From Ginglymostoma cirratum (lineage: Eukaryota), in contig JAHRHZ010000139.1 in the NCBI GenBank assembly GCA_024137785.1, positions 39,743,411 through 39,807,410 of the forward strand: a DNA stretch of 64,000 nucleotides. The letters run 5' to 3'. How positions within the stretch are numbered: position 1 is the first letter of the stretch; each line of letters starts with the position of its first letter. The translations under genes and the position numbers were made by a program. Below the pieces are notes generated by a model. The model searched no databases. It saw only the letters and a list, made by a program, of their open reading frames with translations, and was not told where the DNA came from. This document shows, piece by piece, positions 50,311-63,676 of this stretch.

Positions 50311-52423
50311 TTATTGGGATGCTACATTGTTTTATATTGAAGAAGAGACTATGCAAAAACACCTTTGAGACTACCTGAAGAACCTTTCTACATTCAATAG
50401 GTCAGCAATGACTGAACACAGGTTTGAACCAGATTGACACGAATCTAGAGAATAGGTAACAGTTCTCACTAAAGTCTTGTTCAAGGTTCCAGGGCAAGTT
50501 TTTGAAGTGTCCAACTACAGCATATTGGTACCTACAGCAACAGGCTGTATTTTCCTGGCCCAGTGGTGATGGGCTGGGGGTTTTTAGATCTAGAAAAATA
50601 GCAGGTAGAGATGTCAAGACAAGATCCTGATGTCTTCTCATCACCACGTTATCTTGCCTGCAACATGGTCTGCTATGTTAAGGGTCGCTCCCTGCCAGTG
50701 AAGATATCTTGCCCATATTGGGCAGACCTGTCACTGTGTGGAGATCCTGTCAGGTGAAACCTGGGAGCTCTCTGTTATGGATGTTCCTTGGCCCATGGAA
50801 TGATCCCCCTTTGGCAACAGATGGCTTCACATCAAAAACGCTGCTGGTATTGAATGACTACCGTGTCAGAGTTCCTTCACCTACCACCCCTTGACCATTG
50901 GGACCTGTTTTCCAAGCCCTTGCTTCCCACCATTTGACCCATTAGGCTTTGAGATTGCCCCACCAATGCAGAGCTCTCTCCCTGGGTGTCCATGTGCACG
51001 TAAAGTGTTGCAGCTTCAGCGATAGCCACTTTGAACAGGTGCTGCTGAGTGGCAAGCCGTCTGATTGGGCCCACTGCTCTTGAGGTCTGATCGCTGCCCT
51101 CAATCGGATGGTCGTGCCATTCAAGTTGACTAACAGTGAAAACATACCACTCCAGATTCTGCCAACCACCTAAGTGGGGCATGACTTAGTTTTGACTCAA
51201 GTGGTTGTACTTCCAAGCTGGCCACAAAATACGGTTCATTGCATTTTTAGTTCTTGTGCTGTGACTATTTCCATCATGGCCTTATTTATTGCCCATTCCT
51301 GGTTTCAGCTTCTGCCTTCCCTGAGGCAATGGTGCTCTCACAATGCTGGTCGGTAGGGAGTTCCAGAAATGATGAAGAAATGGAGGCAATATATGTCTCA
51401 GTCAGGATGGTGTGTGACTTGAAGGGCAATGGGGAATGTGTGTTTGTGAGGCACTGCTGAATTTCTTTTTCTCAGTGATAGGGGCTAAAGGGAGGTAGCT
51501 GTTGTCAATTTAACTTTGTTGATTTGCTGTGGAATATCTTACAATTGGTATGTGCTATAATCATGCTGCACTGGTGGTGGAGTGCGTGACTTGCATTGTT
51601 CGATCTAAGTTGCACCTATTCAAACTATTTCTAAAGTGACCGTATAGTGTAACAAACAAGTTACATGCAACAATGAAAAATTAGAGGAACCATTGGTGAT
51701 GGCTACAGAGGCAGGAATATCAGCCATAGATACTGCTCCATTATGTGTTGCAGTCATGTGCAAATTAAAGGCAAGAATCTGCCAGCATTTCCCACCAAGT
51801 TAGGGGTGTTGTAACATGAACACACTGCCTTTTGACTGTTGTTCTGTACGTATTTGACTCAATTGAAAGCATTGCTTGAGAGCTGAAGACTTGAGACATG
51901 GGACCTATTTATTATCAGATCCACGTACTTGATAAATCCAAAATACACCTTTAAATTAAGAGCTGTTTCATAGGATGGGATGTATATAAACTCACAAAGG
52001 AAACCACCAAGTGCTGTTATATCAGAGAAATCTAAACTTAGAATGAATGATGCAAAGTACAGAAGCAAATCCAAAACACAGTGTCATTTACGCACTGTGC
52101 TTACATTTCGACAGTACTAAATTTAATAATACAGCATTTATTATCGAGAACTTTCCTGCTGTTCCCGCATAGTAGCTGGTCTGTGGGGGTGAACTATACA
52201 GAAAAATATCTGCCTATGGAGACTCAGTGAGAAAATAGAGTTTGGAAGGTGATACTGAGACAGTGCAGGATTAATAATGAACTGATTGTGAGGGGACAGG
52301 CAGGAATGGCGTTGTCTCCAATGCAGGAGATAGAGTGCCATCATTAAAAATGGCCACTATGATCCATCGATACATGCGCAGTTACAGACACCAGCACTTC
52401 ATGACATGAATGAAACACAACTC

Positions 52424-52987
52424 ATTTAGAATATTGTGTACAGTTCTGGTCGCCACATTACCAAAAGGATGTGGAAGCTTTGGAGAGGGTACAGAGAAGG
52501 TTTACGAGGATGTTGCCTGGTATGGAAGGTGCTAGCTATGAAGAGAGGTTGAATGGGTTAGGATTGTTTTCATTAGAAAAAAGGAGATTGAGGGGGGACC
52601 TGATTGAGGTCTTCAAAATCATGAAGGGTATAGACAGGGTTGATAGAGATAAGCTTTTTCCCAGGGTGAGGGATTCAATAACGAGGGGTCACGCTTTCAA
52701 GGTGAGAGGAGAAAAGTTTAAGGGGGATACACGGGGAAAGTACTTTACACAGAGGGTGGTAGGTGCCTGGAACACGTTGCCAGCAGAGGTAGTAGAGGCA
52801 GGCACGATAGATTCATTTAAGGTGCGTCTGGACAGATGCATGAGTAGGTGGGGAGCAGAGGGATACAGATCCTTAGGAATTGGGCGATAGGTTTAGACAG
52901 TGGATTTGGATCGGCACAGGCTTAGAGGGCCAAAGGGCCTGTTCCTGGGCTGTAAGTTTTCTTTGTTCTTTGTTTTTTGTTCTTTGT
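52424..52987 (+). mobile_element. Young 5'-truncated CR1 LINE with 7-bp TSD
   Basis: Open ORF 52471-52890 nearly identical to the 3889-4575 protein; ACAACTC at 52417-52423 and 52988-52994. Confidence 0.96.
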
Positions 52988-55948
52988 ACAACTCCTACTG
53001 TACATTCTACTTAGTTCTGATTGGTTGGGGATTAAATTTCTCAAATAGTCCAAAAGTAGAACAAGCATTTAATTGTTTTATCTCCACCGAATCAAACAGA
53101 AGAAAATGGAAGTAACAGCAGCCAAAGGGTAGCCTATTTAGCCAGAAGAGTTGTGATAAAGTTTAGGCTATATTCAACTACACCAGGCAGTGCTGAATGC
53201 TTCTTATGTTTGATGTTTCAACCCTATCCATTCCCCATTAACCTGATTATTGGACTGTGTGCTGATAAATCACTGAGTATTGGCCTCTCACTTTGCAGCA
53301 AACTTGTCACAGTGCACAAGGATTGAGCTCAAAAGAAACGCTCCAATATTGCACACTGGCATACACTCCTCCGCCTAGTGGTGGTCCCAGCCACAAATGC
53401 AGCATACATTGGGCAGAATCCTCTGGGTTCTGAGTGATGTGGGCTGTGGCAAAGTCAGACATGAATTAAGGCCCGGCATGATGTCAAAACCGTGGTGCTC
53501 CTTCACAAGCTTTTCATAAGTAATGCGGTGAAATTCTCACTAGGCAGCAGCGAGATGCCAAATGACTGTCATTATTGATTGTTCAACATGTTGATAATGC
53601 CACCACTCACCTCATTAATATCCTGACTTCTATCTTACTAAACTCACCAAATAAGCTCAATATCAGGGAACCTTGACAAGGAAACCAGAGCTTTTCCCTG
53701 GCAGATTGAGTTTGCCGCTTGCCTTGGAACAACATCCATGTTGCCTCCAACCAAACCATAGGCCAGCGTATGATCAACACGCACCTCGTGCATGCACCCC
53801 CTCTTCCCCGGACATTGGCATTCAGCATCTTCCAACTCATCACAACCATCCTGACACTCCTATTATTCCCTGGCATTGCACTCTGGAAGCACAAGCTTGC
53901 AGTGAAACACCAGTAACTAGTACTGAAAAGCTGTAGTGAGGATGCTTAGTGCATACAGACAGGCATCCAGCTCACAGACTGGACCATGCTGTAATACAGG
54001 GCTGCTCATGTGCTCTGTTAACACTCACTCACTTAGCACCGACATGTTTGTTCATAGCGTCACTGCCCTGGTTTGACGTGCCAATTAGAGCAGTCACAAA
54101 AACGGGCAGTTGCCTTGCTATGAAGCAGCCCTCAGTCTAGGGGGCTATACATCTTGCTGTACAGCAGTGTGCTACATTAATCTCTCACTCTATGTGCCAG
54201 CAGCTTACACAGCAAATAAACTACTTGCACAACGAGTGGGCAGCCATGTCTCAAACACTTTGGCAAGTTGTCCTCGCTGAAATCCACGGTGGTACCAGTC
54301 AGTCAGGGTGTTCTGCCTACAGTAAGTTAAAGGCAACCTCTAATACAGGTCAAGGGAATTGGCCACGCTGAGGTGTCTAGTATGGGTGTTCTCGATCAAT
54401 GAGTCTATACCTCTGCAGTCCTGGGATTTGGTCACAGTCAGTTCATTGGCTCAGAACAGTTAGCCCAGGAGATCAGGCTAACACAACAGAGATACAGGCA
54501 CGGGTAGGGGTTTGGGCAGATCCTGCTGTCCGGTCTTTTAGATTGAGTGGGTGGGCTATAGTCAGTCCATCACGTACATCCACACAAAATGAGGAGAGTT
54601 TGGAGTGGGAGGGTACTGTGTGGGATGCTGTCGCCATCGGACTGAGCCTCATCAGGTAAGTCTTCAGGACTGGGGGCTACAGGCTTTGGGCAAGGGCAAA
54701 GTACCATCGTGAAATGGGGCAACTGGATCGACAAGGTGCCAGATACAGTAAAGTGAGGCTGGGCAGGGTACCATGGAAAAAGGAATCATCCACAGGGAGG
54801 AGCACCTTGGTCTCAAGAGGGGGCAGCGAAGGACTAAACTTGGCATGGTCATCTCATATTCCGGGGGCTGGTGGAGGGGCAGGTCAACAAGTTAAGTGGG
54901 AACTTGAGGGTAGCATGAAGCCTTTTGAGATGTCGATGTTTGGGGATCATTGGCACGTTCAGGCTGAGGCTGGAAGCCACTGTCCGAGGGACACTCACTT
55001 TCTGTGCTGGACCAGAAAGCGTGCAATGGGGAAGAAAACGGCTGCAAGTTCACTCAGAGTGGGCAGGGTAAGTGACTCGAGCTACCACTGATTATAGGGC
55101 TTTAAAAAGGAAAGATCATTGGCCTCAGGCCCATGCAGTGTACACTACACAGGCGGCCTACTCCCTGGCCATCCTACAGCGTTGATCCTCTCTGTATGTT
55201 ACACCTCATCATCATAGCCACTGCTGGATACTCTTTGACATCTACAACTTTGCACACAGAGGGAGCCAAACATAAAGGATGTTGAACAAGGAGAGACAAA
55301 TGACCCAATGCCCATGTGTATCCAATATGCCCCCTGCTGGTACAGTATCCTCACAACACAGAGCTCCACCCATGTAACCATGAAGTGTTGTAGTATGGTT
55401 TGTAGATGTGTTTACCACCTCCGCAGAGACACTCTTTACCACATGAAAGTTAACATCAGGAGCACTATGCATAAACTGAGAGTCTTTTTCAACCATGCCA
55501 ACAAAGTGCCCGCGTTAAGTTTTCTTCTTTTTCTTCCTCAGGCTACATCTCAATGCACTCTGTAGTTTCATAGCTGTGGTGGAGGCAACCTGCTTGGCAG
55601 TGGAGCCAGTTGCCCTTGGAAGGTTGGCAAGATAAGCCCAGAGGGCATTTGTACATGGATGGGCCAGATATGCACAGGGTGTTCTTGCCAGAGGAACATT
55701 GACCCTCCTCGGCTTGAACTTCCATGAGTCAGAAAGGAGCAGGCAGGGTGGAGGTAAAGGGCCCAGCCTCCTCTGGAGTATCCTGCGTGGAAACTGCCAA
55801 GGTGCCTGTGTGTGCGTCCATCTGCAACTGGCTGCCTCCTGGCATCGCCCTGTCTCTTTGTGAGGAGGGATGGCACAAGGACTGGGCTCAAGGTCCCTAT
55901 GACCCGCCACCATGCCTTCAGCCCTGAGGACCACCGGCAGGGGCAATG

Positions 55949-55950
<2 letters not shown>

Positions 55951-55980
<30 letters not shown>
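55951..55980 (+). repeat. (GT)15 microsatellite
   Basis: Direct reading. Confidence 0.98.
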
Positions 55981-55982
<2 letters not shown>

Positions 55983-57091
55983 AGTCCCTGAGGGTGTTGG
56001 ACCTGGTATCCATGGTAACTGCCAATCTTGCTGCACTGCTGCAGTTTCTGGACAATGAGAGCCATTGCCTCCCACATAGCTGCCTGCTTCCCCTGACCCT
56101 CCATGTGCATGAGGATCGCTGACAGCACTGCGTCCCTCCTGCCTGGGCCTGAGTTAGTGCCTGGTCTCTGGCTGCCCTCCAAGGGCCAGTGGCCTAGACC
56201 ATTTCTCCCTTGGCCAGCCGCAGGGCTGTCACTGTGAGGTGATCACCAGCTAGTGTACCCTCACACTGCGTCTACGGGTCTCCCCGAGGTGCCAGTGACT
56301 GGGCTAGTGGGGGATGCAGGCAACAGCCCTGCTGATGATGCTTCCTCTGAGGCCTCTGTACTCTCATCCTCAGAGAGAACGGGAGTTTCTCTACAGATTT
56401 CAGGGGCAAACGAGTGGAACCTGGTAGACAGAAGAGAGAAAGAGGTTGTCATGCCCAGTGGTTGGAAGTGATGAGATGAGAGTGACAGCAGGATTACTGT
56501 AGGAGCTGCAGTGGGTGAAGACTGGTACTTATTCATTTGGTATTCCCATTGGAGTGGTCCTGGTCTTGTCCTGTGAGGATCAGGATTCTCCCCTTTAGGG
56601 GATGAGGACATGGATTTTGGGCCCTCCTTCACCCACACAGACTCTCTCTGTCCTGTTATGGGCTGTCCTCCCTTGGAATGAGGAAAGGGGTGTGGGGAGG
56701 AGTGACATAAGAGTAGGTGGAACGGTTGTTGGTGTTGATTCATGTGAGAGAAAGACGGTGAGGTGTTCAGAGGGAGTGAGTAGGCAACACAGAGGGCATA
56801 CGGGAGTAATAGCGTGGGAGGTTGAGGGGGAAGGCATCTACAGTGAATGAGGGAAGGTGCTGCATGTAAAAGTATGAGTGACAGAGATGGTAGGAATTGG
56901 GTGCACTGCAGAGATGGAGTGAATGTGAGGTGGCGGAGAGAAGAGTGTGGCACTTACTATGGCGAAGTGAAGACTTGTCATTGACTTTCTCTTTACATTA
57001 CTGGCCATTCCTCCACAACCTGGAGATGGCAATGACCTGGGAGGTGGCCTGAGATGCGGGTCCTTTATGCATTCCTGCGATGAGGGCTTCA

Positions 57092-57417
57092 CTGGCTAGG
57101 CAGCATTTATTACGCATCCGTAATTGCCCAGAGGGCAGTTAAGAGTTAACCACATTGCTGTGGATCTGAAGTCACATGTAGGCCAGACCAGGTGAGGATA
57201 GTAGCTTCCTTCTCTAAAGAACAATAGTGAACCAGATGGGTTTTTCCCAACAATCAGCAATGGATTCATGGTCATCATTAGACTCTTAATTCCAGATATT
57301 CATCGAATTCAAATTCTATCATCTGCCACAGCGGGATTTGAACCTGGGTCCCCAGAACATTATCTGGGTCTCTGGATTAACAGTCCAGCAATAATACCAC
57401 TAGGCCATCAGCTCCCC
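57092..57417 (-). mobile_element. tRNA-derived SINE inserted in the Harbinger element
   Basis: Same family as 49985-50310. Confidence 0.88.
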
Positions 57418-57961
57418 TTATGGGGTGGTCTGATGGTATGGCCTCCTTTGCCAGTCCTCTGGGAAGAAGATGCCATTCCTCTAGACCACTCCGCCCCACT
57501 AGGACATCCAGGAAAATCACAATGCCATCTTTACCTTCTCTGACATTTTCAGACTCTATCTTTCACCAAGCAGGGCATCTTCAGAATGGACTTTTAAAGA
57601 TGGCAGTGGAGCAAGGAATGCTGACGTCTTGGTAAATATCCACTGAGTGGCAATGTTTGGGAAAGCTGCCTGGTAAAATGGGATTGAGAGTGGATGTGAG
57701 AGACACCACAGGTAACTAATGAGGTTGAGTTTGGTAAGGTAGGGTGTAGAAACTTGTTAGGTCTTGAGGCAAGAAACTCTCCAGAACTCAATGTAAGGCA
57801 GATTTAGCCAAACAAAACATAACCTTAATCCCCACAGAATTACCTGGAATATACAGCACTGAAACAGGCCCTCAGGCCTAACTGGTCCCTGCCAATTGAA
57901 AGATTCCACATGGCTTCCTCTCACCCTGTTTCATCCATTCCTATTCACCATATCCTCTTAT

Positions 57962-58188
57962 TGGGGGTGGGGGTCAGTTTGCTTGGATGGCTGTTGAATG
58001 ATGCTAATGGCATGCATTTGATTCCCACAGCGGATGAGGTTATCATGAAGCACTTTCTTTCTCAACCTCACCCATTGCCTGAGGCACAGTGATCCTCAGG
58101 TCAAACCAGCACCAGTCATCTCTCTCCCTCTCTCTTTCAATGAGAGAGCAGCCCTATGATAGAGTAGGACTATGGCAAATTTATCTTT
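57962..58188 (+). mobile_element. tRNA-derived SINE (fourth family) within a CR1 tail remnant
   Basis: Degenerate head gtcagtttgcttggatggc..tttgattccc, body cctgaggcacagtgatcctcagg and tail ggactatggc..tttatcttt. Confidence 0.55.
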
Positions 58189-60094
58189 GTCCTGCATTTT
58201 CTTAACTAAATGTAATCTCCCTTAAATGCATCTACCTTAATTCTGTCACTTGGAGACATTTCTGTATTCTAATCCTCATTCTGTAGTCAGGCGTTTTGTT
58301 TGTTGGTTTCTATTTGTACTGCATCAATGCACCAATCTTGAAAATGCTGCACCATAAAGTCTGCAATAGCCAGTAATGCCTAAGGAACTCTTTTCAATGA
58401 AAGTACCATCATTACGACTAAGAACCACTTATGGGAACAATTCAGTGCAGTTTGCATGAATAGGATTTTATAACACTTTGGGAGTCATTTACCCTCACAC
58501 ATCTGAGCTGGCTCTCTGACAGAGATTTCCCCCGAGAACTATTCATCATCTGTCCCTTCCCTGTATCCTATAACATGTCATTTTTGAAATATTTATCCAC
58601 TTATCTTTCAAAGTCGATTCCAGATTCTGCTTCCACTCACTATGAGGGTAATTTTTATTTTTATCATTTGTGTTCCTTGCCACTTAGAAAATGATCTATT
58701 CCACGAGAAAGAAAAGCAGAATTCTGTGACGATTCTGTGATCAGTAAAAAACATCCACCTTCATGCTGTGTTGTATCTCATTGTCAGAACAGCAGAATAC
58801 CTTTCAGAAAAATGCTCATGGTATCATTGCTGAGTCATAGCATATCTCCTGAAGGTATAAGCCTCTCAAATTTCCATCTTAGCTTGGATGAATTGAAGCA
58901 TGACACCCTATTGGAAACATACTCCTCTGTTGTAACATAATAGCTCAATGTTAACCCAGGCACTTATGTCCCTGAGGAATGTAATGTTTGTACATAATAG
59001 TTAGTTGTAATAAGTGTTTATTGAATTTTTCAATGCCACAATATCCATAAAAGGTTTATTTTGTTATGGGAGATAACATACGTGTTGCTGCGTCGTGTAA
59101 AACAACTTTTTGAAGGCAACCTCACTATATTATAACAGTGTGGTGGCCATTTATAAAAGACTCCAAGATCTTGGTGGCACATACTTAGAAAACTAATCAA
59201 AGACCAACTGGACAACAGAGAAGTCAGAGAAAGGGAGGTTTCCACACCCTTAAGCAGTATTAGTTTATCTGGGTGTAGACAGTGGTACAAATCTGTAAAT
59301 GCAGCACTCAGCACCAAAAAAAAGCTGTTATTTTTGAGTAGAATGTAATTTCTTTCAGGATGAAATAAATTTATAAGATTGCATTTTTTAAAATAATAGA
59401 AGTACTTGCTTAAGCTGCGATACAAAGCCAGTACATTATAATCCAGAAAGCTGGAAGGTTAGGCCACTCTAGGAAGTCCCCAGTCCATGGATGAGTTTGT
59501 GAGTTCTTTTGTTTATGAGTTAGAATAAAATGCGGTACAGTGTAAAAAATCATTCTTAAGTATGAGTGAGCATTTGTGTGTCAGATCCTTAAAATTAATA
59601 GTAATATGGGATCTCATTTGTAAGTATGAACATTCTTAAATTGAACACTCATAAATCCAGGATCCTTGCATTCCTGACTGTTGGTAAACAAGTAACAATG
59701 TCTTATTTCAACAGCTGGAAAATCTTTGTTACTAAAGAAGGAGCAAGTTTAACTTATACTCACCCAAAGTCAAGGATACGTGACTTGGTACATTGATTGA
59801 TTCACTGCAGTATATTTATCGTAGCTAGCAAAAACCTCATTATGGATTGGCCATCCAGTGGCACCCTTACTACATTACCACTGTTCAAATAACCTATGCA
59901 GTTTTGTTTTACGGATCAAGCAATAGCTGATTCAAGAAAACAGGTCTAAAATTCTTGCTCACCATTGCAAATGAGGGACTTCATGGGATGAATACATCAG
60001 ATATATCCATGCATGATGAGAAAGCTCTAGAAAAGATCTGGAAGGTTCTCAAAGATTTGCTCAGATAAATAATTAACTTCAGGATTAATTTAAG

Positions 60095-60520
60095 GATTCC
60101 TGGGATGGCAGGACTGATATATGAAAAGAGACTGGTTCAATCAGTACTATATTCACTGGAGTTTAGAAGAATGAGAGGTGGGATTTCATAGAAATCTATA
60201 AAATTCTAAAAGAAGTAGATAGGATAAACACAGGGAGTTTATATGGCTATTTCAGACTGAGATGAGGAGGAATATTCTCACCCAGACAGTGCTAAGTCTG
60301 TAGAATTCTCTGCCACAGAAAGCGGTTGAGGCCAAAACATTGAATGTTTTCAAGAAGGAGTCAGATATAGTGCTTAAGGCTAAAGGGATCAAAAGGTATG
60401 GGGAAAAAAATAGGAACAGGGTACTGTGTTGGATGATGAGCCATCATCATATTGAATGGCAGAGCAGGCTTGAAGGGCTGAATGGTCTATTCCTGCTCTT
60501 ACTTTCCATGCTTCTAATGA
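60095..60520 (+). mobile_element. CR1 3' fragment
   Basis: LYSLEFRRMRG, LNVFKKESD..LKAKGIKRYG and CR1 3' UTR. Confidence 0.85.
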
Positions 60521-60544
60521 TCAGTTTGATGGAAGGACTATGAG

Positions 60545-63230
60545 CGTGACTTTACCAAAGAGGAACTGTCAGAGACATCCATTAAGTTGTCATCACCTCT
60601 ACCCCAATTCAAGCCTTTAGGGAGTATTTTTGAACAACAGAAAGAGGCCATAATATTCACACATTACTTGAGGTTGAATGCAAGTATGGAGCCATATTGG
60701 CTGACCAATGACAATAACATGCTTTAGGTGCAGCCAACACTATTGTTACAGTTAGCAAAGCATACCAAATCAACAACATCTGTAACAGATGTGGTTTGTT
60801 GATATCTGTAAGGTATGTGGCACCAAATGACATTGGGCACACGTGTATGGGACATCTGGTTCCGAAGCCAGATCCCACAACAAAACACAGATGACCAATA
60901 AGACAGCACAATGCCATAAAACTGGCATCAAGTTAAGTGTTAAGAAGGTGCACAAGGACAAATATATCAGTGAAGTTCAAAGTCAACCAGGTGGTGGAAG
61001 ACAAATTTCAGAAGATGACCATGCTGTTTACACCATGTTGATGATATAAGATGATTGGAAGCTTTTACAATCAATTGTCCTGCTGCTCAGCACACACACT
61101 AAAAGGTAAAATCAACATGGGAACTAGTGCTAACTTAATATCACATCTTGATAGACACACATCCCAGCAAGTTGGGTTCCATGGCACAGCCTAGACACAG
61201 TCTCACTCTATATAAGGGCTCACTAAGGGCTCTTGCAGTGCAGTGGTAGTGTCATGCCTCTTGGTCAGAAGGTCCAAGTTCAAGTCCTACCAATCCTGGA
61301 GGTGTGTCTTAACATGACTGAACAGGGTGACTAAAAATCCTTATAATCGAGCACCAATTCCATACATTGGCAGATTCATACTACAGTGCCAATACATAAA
61401 TCTCGCAAAATCATCTACCTAGTAGGTACCAATAGTCCAGCACTGCAAGGACCACTAGTATGCATCAATCTTGGTGCATGATCTTGATACAGTCACAATT
61501 TATGAAATTTGAACCTTACTCACTGTGACGGTGCAAACTGTACATAACACAATCAAAAGAGTCAACAATCTTCAAGGAAATGGCTATAAGGAGAGAAGGA
61601 CTGCTGTAGTGCAATGGTAGCATCCCTACCTTTGAGCTAGGGGACCTGGATTCATGTCCCACCTACTCCAGTGTTAAAGACATCTCTGAACAGCCTGATT
61701 GGAAAATATCTACTACTATAAGGTGAGAAGAAGCCGAACAACAGTTTGATTCTGTCTCAGGCACTGAGCAGATTATCCTACACACATAAAGCCCAAGTTA
61801 TTCCTCTTGATTTACTTGTTGATGCTGTTGAATTCCAGGTTTAATTTCACAAAGTTTGATCAGTCACACTTTGCCAGAGTCAGTGTGAACAATTGCAATT
61901 GGCAACTGCTGAAGTTGAGTAAAATTAGTTGCAAACTGAGAACATTAGTTCATTCTGCTCATGCAGAAATTAACTTGGTATATCTTGACCTATTATTTTT
62001 AAGCTCAAACAATTTCTAACACCAAATGCATTAAGACATCATGTCTATGTTGCATGGAGGAAACATGAGCATTGATTGCATAAGATGACTAGAATGTGAA
62101 TCTGAGTACTGGCCAGGAATGGATCAGGATATTCGACAACTTGTGGATGCATGTGAGACATACCAAACATATCAACCCCAGTATTGGAGAGAGCCTCTAC
62201 ATCCACATGATGTTTCGTTCACTCCTTGGGTGAAAGTAGCATTCACAATGTACTGAGAAAATCTCATTCTTGTGACAGATTGCTTCTCTGAATTTCCCAT
62301 TGTTCAACAACTTAGGAACACAAGAACGTGCCTGCTGCTGACAGGATGAGCACTAGATTCAGTTTGTTTGGTATATGGATCAGAGAGTATCTTTCAATGG
62401 ACCGCACTGTACTGGAAAACTATTTAAAGACATGGGTACGAGAATGACCCATATCACTTGTTCACTCCACTATCCAGGATCACACAACTTAGCACAATGT
62501 ATGGTGTGTGTTATCAAATCAATGGTCATCAAGTGTTCAGCAACAAAGCAAGGTTTTTCCATGGCATTGCTACTTTTTCAGGAAATACCAGTGGAAATAA
62601 ATTACCATCCCCAGCACAACTTAAGCTCAGAAAACAAGTATGGATGACCTCTCTCAGCAAACAATTATCAACTGTCCGTAGGCACAAGACTTGCTTCTTG
62701 AAAGATAGAGAAGAAAGAAAATAACATACAATGAGCAAACAAAATTGTGCACAGGGCAGAGATTTTGAGTTGGAAATACAAATTTGAATATTTGGATACC
62801 AGCAAAGGTTTCTAAATTTGCAAACAGCCCAGATCATACAATGTCATTATTAATCACGACACTACATTGCAAAGGAACAAGAGCCAGCTCAGACCAAAGT
62901 AAAGTGCATCAATCAGGCACAAAATGAATGAGGAAGAACACTTTGATAATGATGATTGTGTTGAGTCACAGAAACCAGAATCAAGAAAACATAATGGTCA
63001 AACAGATGCAACAGAGAAGAATGCGTATCTATCCTGCGAGGGATTTGGTCAGCAGGTTAGGGCAAGTTGGCAAACCTCCAAAGCCTTATATTAAATTTTG
63101 AAATATTTGGCCAGCCAGTGATGCCAACATTCTGAGTGAATTTTAAAACAAAAGCCATCGTGCCATCCCATTTTATCATTAGAAAAAAGAGGCTGGTGTA
63201 TTATGTCACATAGTCAGTATGTCAGTTACC
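60545..63230 (+). mobile_element. Ty3/Gypsy LTR-retrotransposon relic (integrase clear at 62040-62900)
   Basis: YWPGMDQDIRQLVDACETYQ..EPLHPHDV..PWVKVA at 62107; NGPH..HITCSLHYPGSHNLAQCMV resembles DNGPQ..TSSPHYPQSNGLAERMV; purine tract agaaaaaagagg at 63181 followed by TG. Upstream extent inferred. Confidence 0.8.
61225..61340 (+). mobile_element. Short tRNA-derived SINE (another copy at 61598-61712)
   Basis: gtgcagtggtagtgtc..gttcaagtcctacc..aacatgactgaacagg. Confidence 0.7.
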
Positions 63231-63619
63231 TTGAAAAGGCATGTGGTGAGCCTTATCTTCTTTGGCCTAGAATCAGTTTCATTAAGTTTCATGGAGGGTT
63301 TCTCTCTGCAAGACCGAGTGTGATCGCTTGCTGCATTTTGCCAAACTTGGTCATGCACTACCTACCTCATCCCTAATGTGTCCCTCTCCTGCAATTCTAG
63401 GCCCATCTCACCACTGAACATTCCTGGTAGAACGCATCACTCACCTTCGCCTGCATCATCTTTGAAAGGTCGCAGTGCACCTGAACAAGTGTTGACAATC
63501 TGGCATGGCCCCTCTCTGGCAATGTCATGGCACAGCAAGTGCAAGGCAATGGTATTGCTGACTACAATTCCTGCAGACACTCACCTTACTCATTACTTAA
63601 CCATTGAGCCACATACTTT

Positions 63620-63676
63620 ACATCTCCTTAGCTATATCCCATCTAAACATCTCCTTAGCTATATCCCATCTAAACA
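63620..63676 (+). repeat. Tandem duplication, 2 x 28 bp
   Basis: acatctccttagctatatcccatctaa repeated directly. Confidence 0.9.

Larger units (their letters stand above)
53411..57845. mobile_element. Decayed PIF/Harbinger transposon; spliced Myb/SANT-like gene on the minus strand
   Basis: Minus strand AISRLWRNGQ*CKEKVND then donor gtaagtg at 56957; next exon GRTAHNRTERV..GGPKIHVLIP at 56672; Ser/Glu-rich linker 56440-56261. Ends gggcagaatcctctggg / cccacagaattacc are imperfect inverted repeats. Confidence 0.7.

Noticed and set aside
55515-56953. 186-230 aa minus-strand ORFs as novel genes
   Set aside because: They lie in a decayed Harbinger, cross a microsatellite and an intron, and the Myb motif contains a stop.
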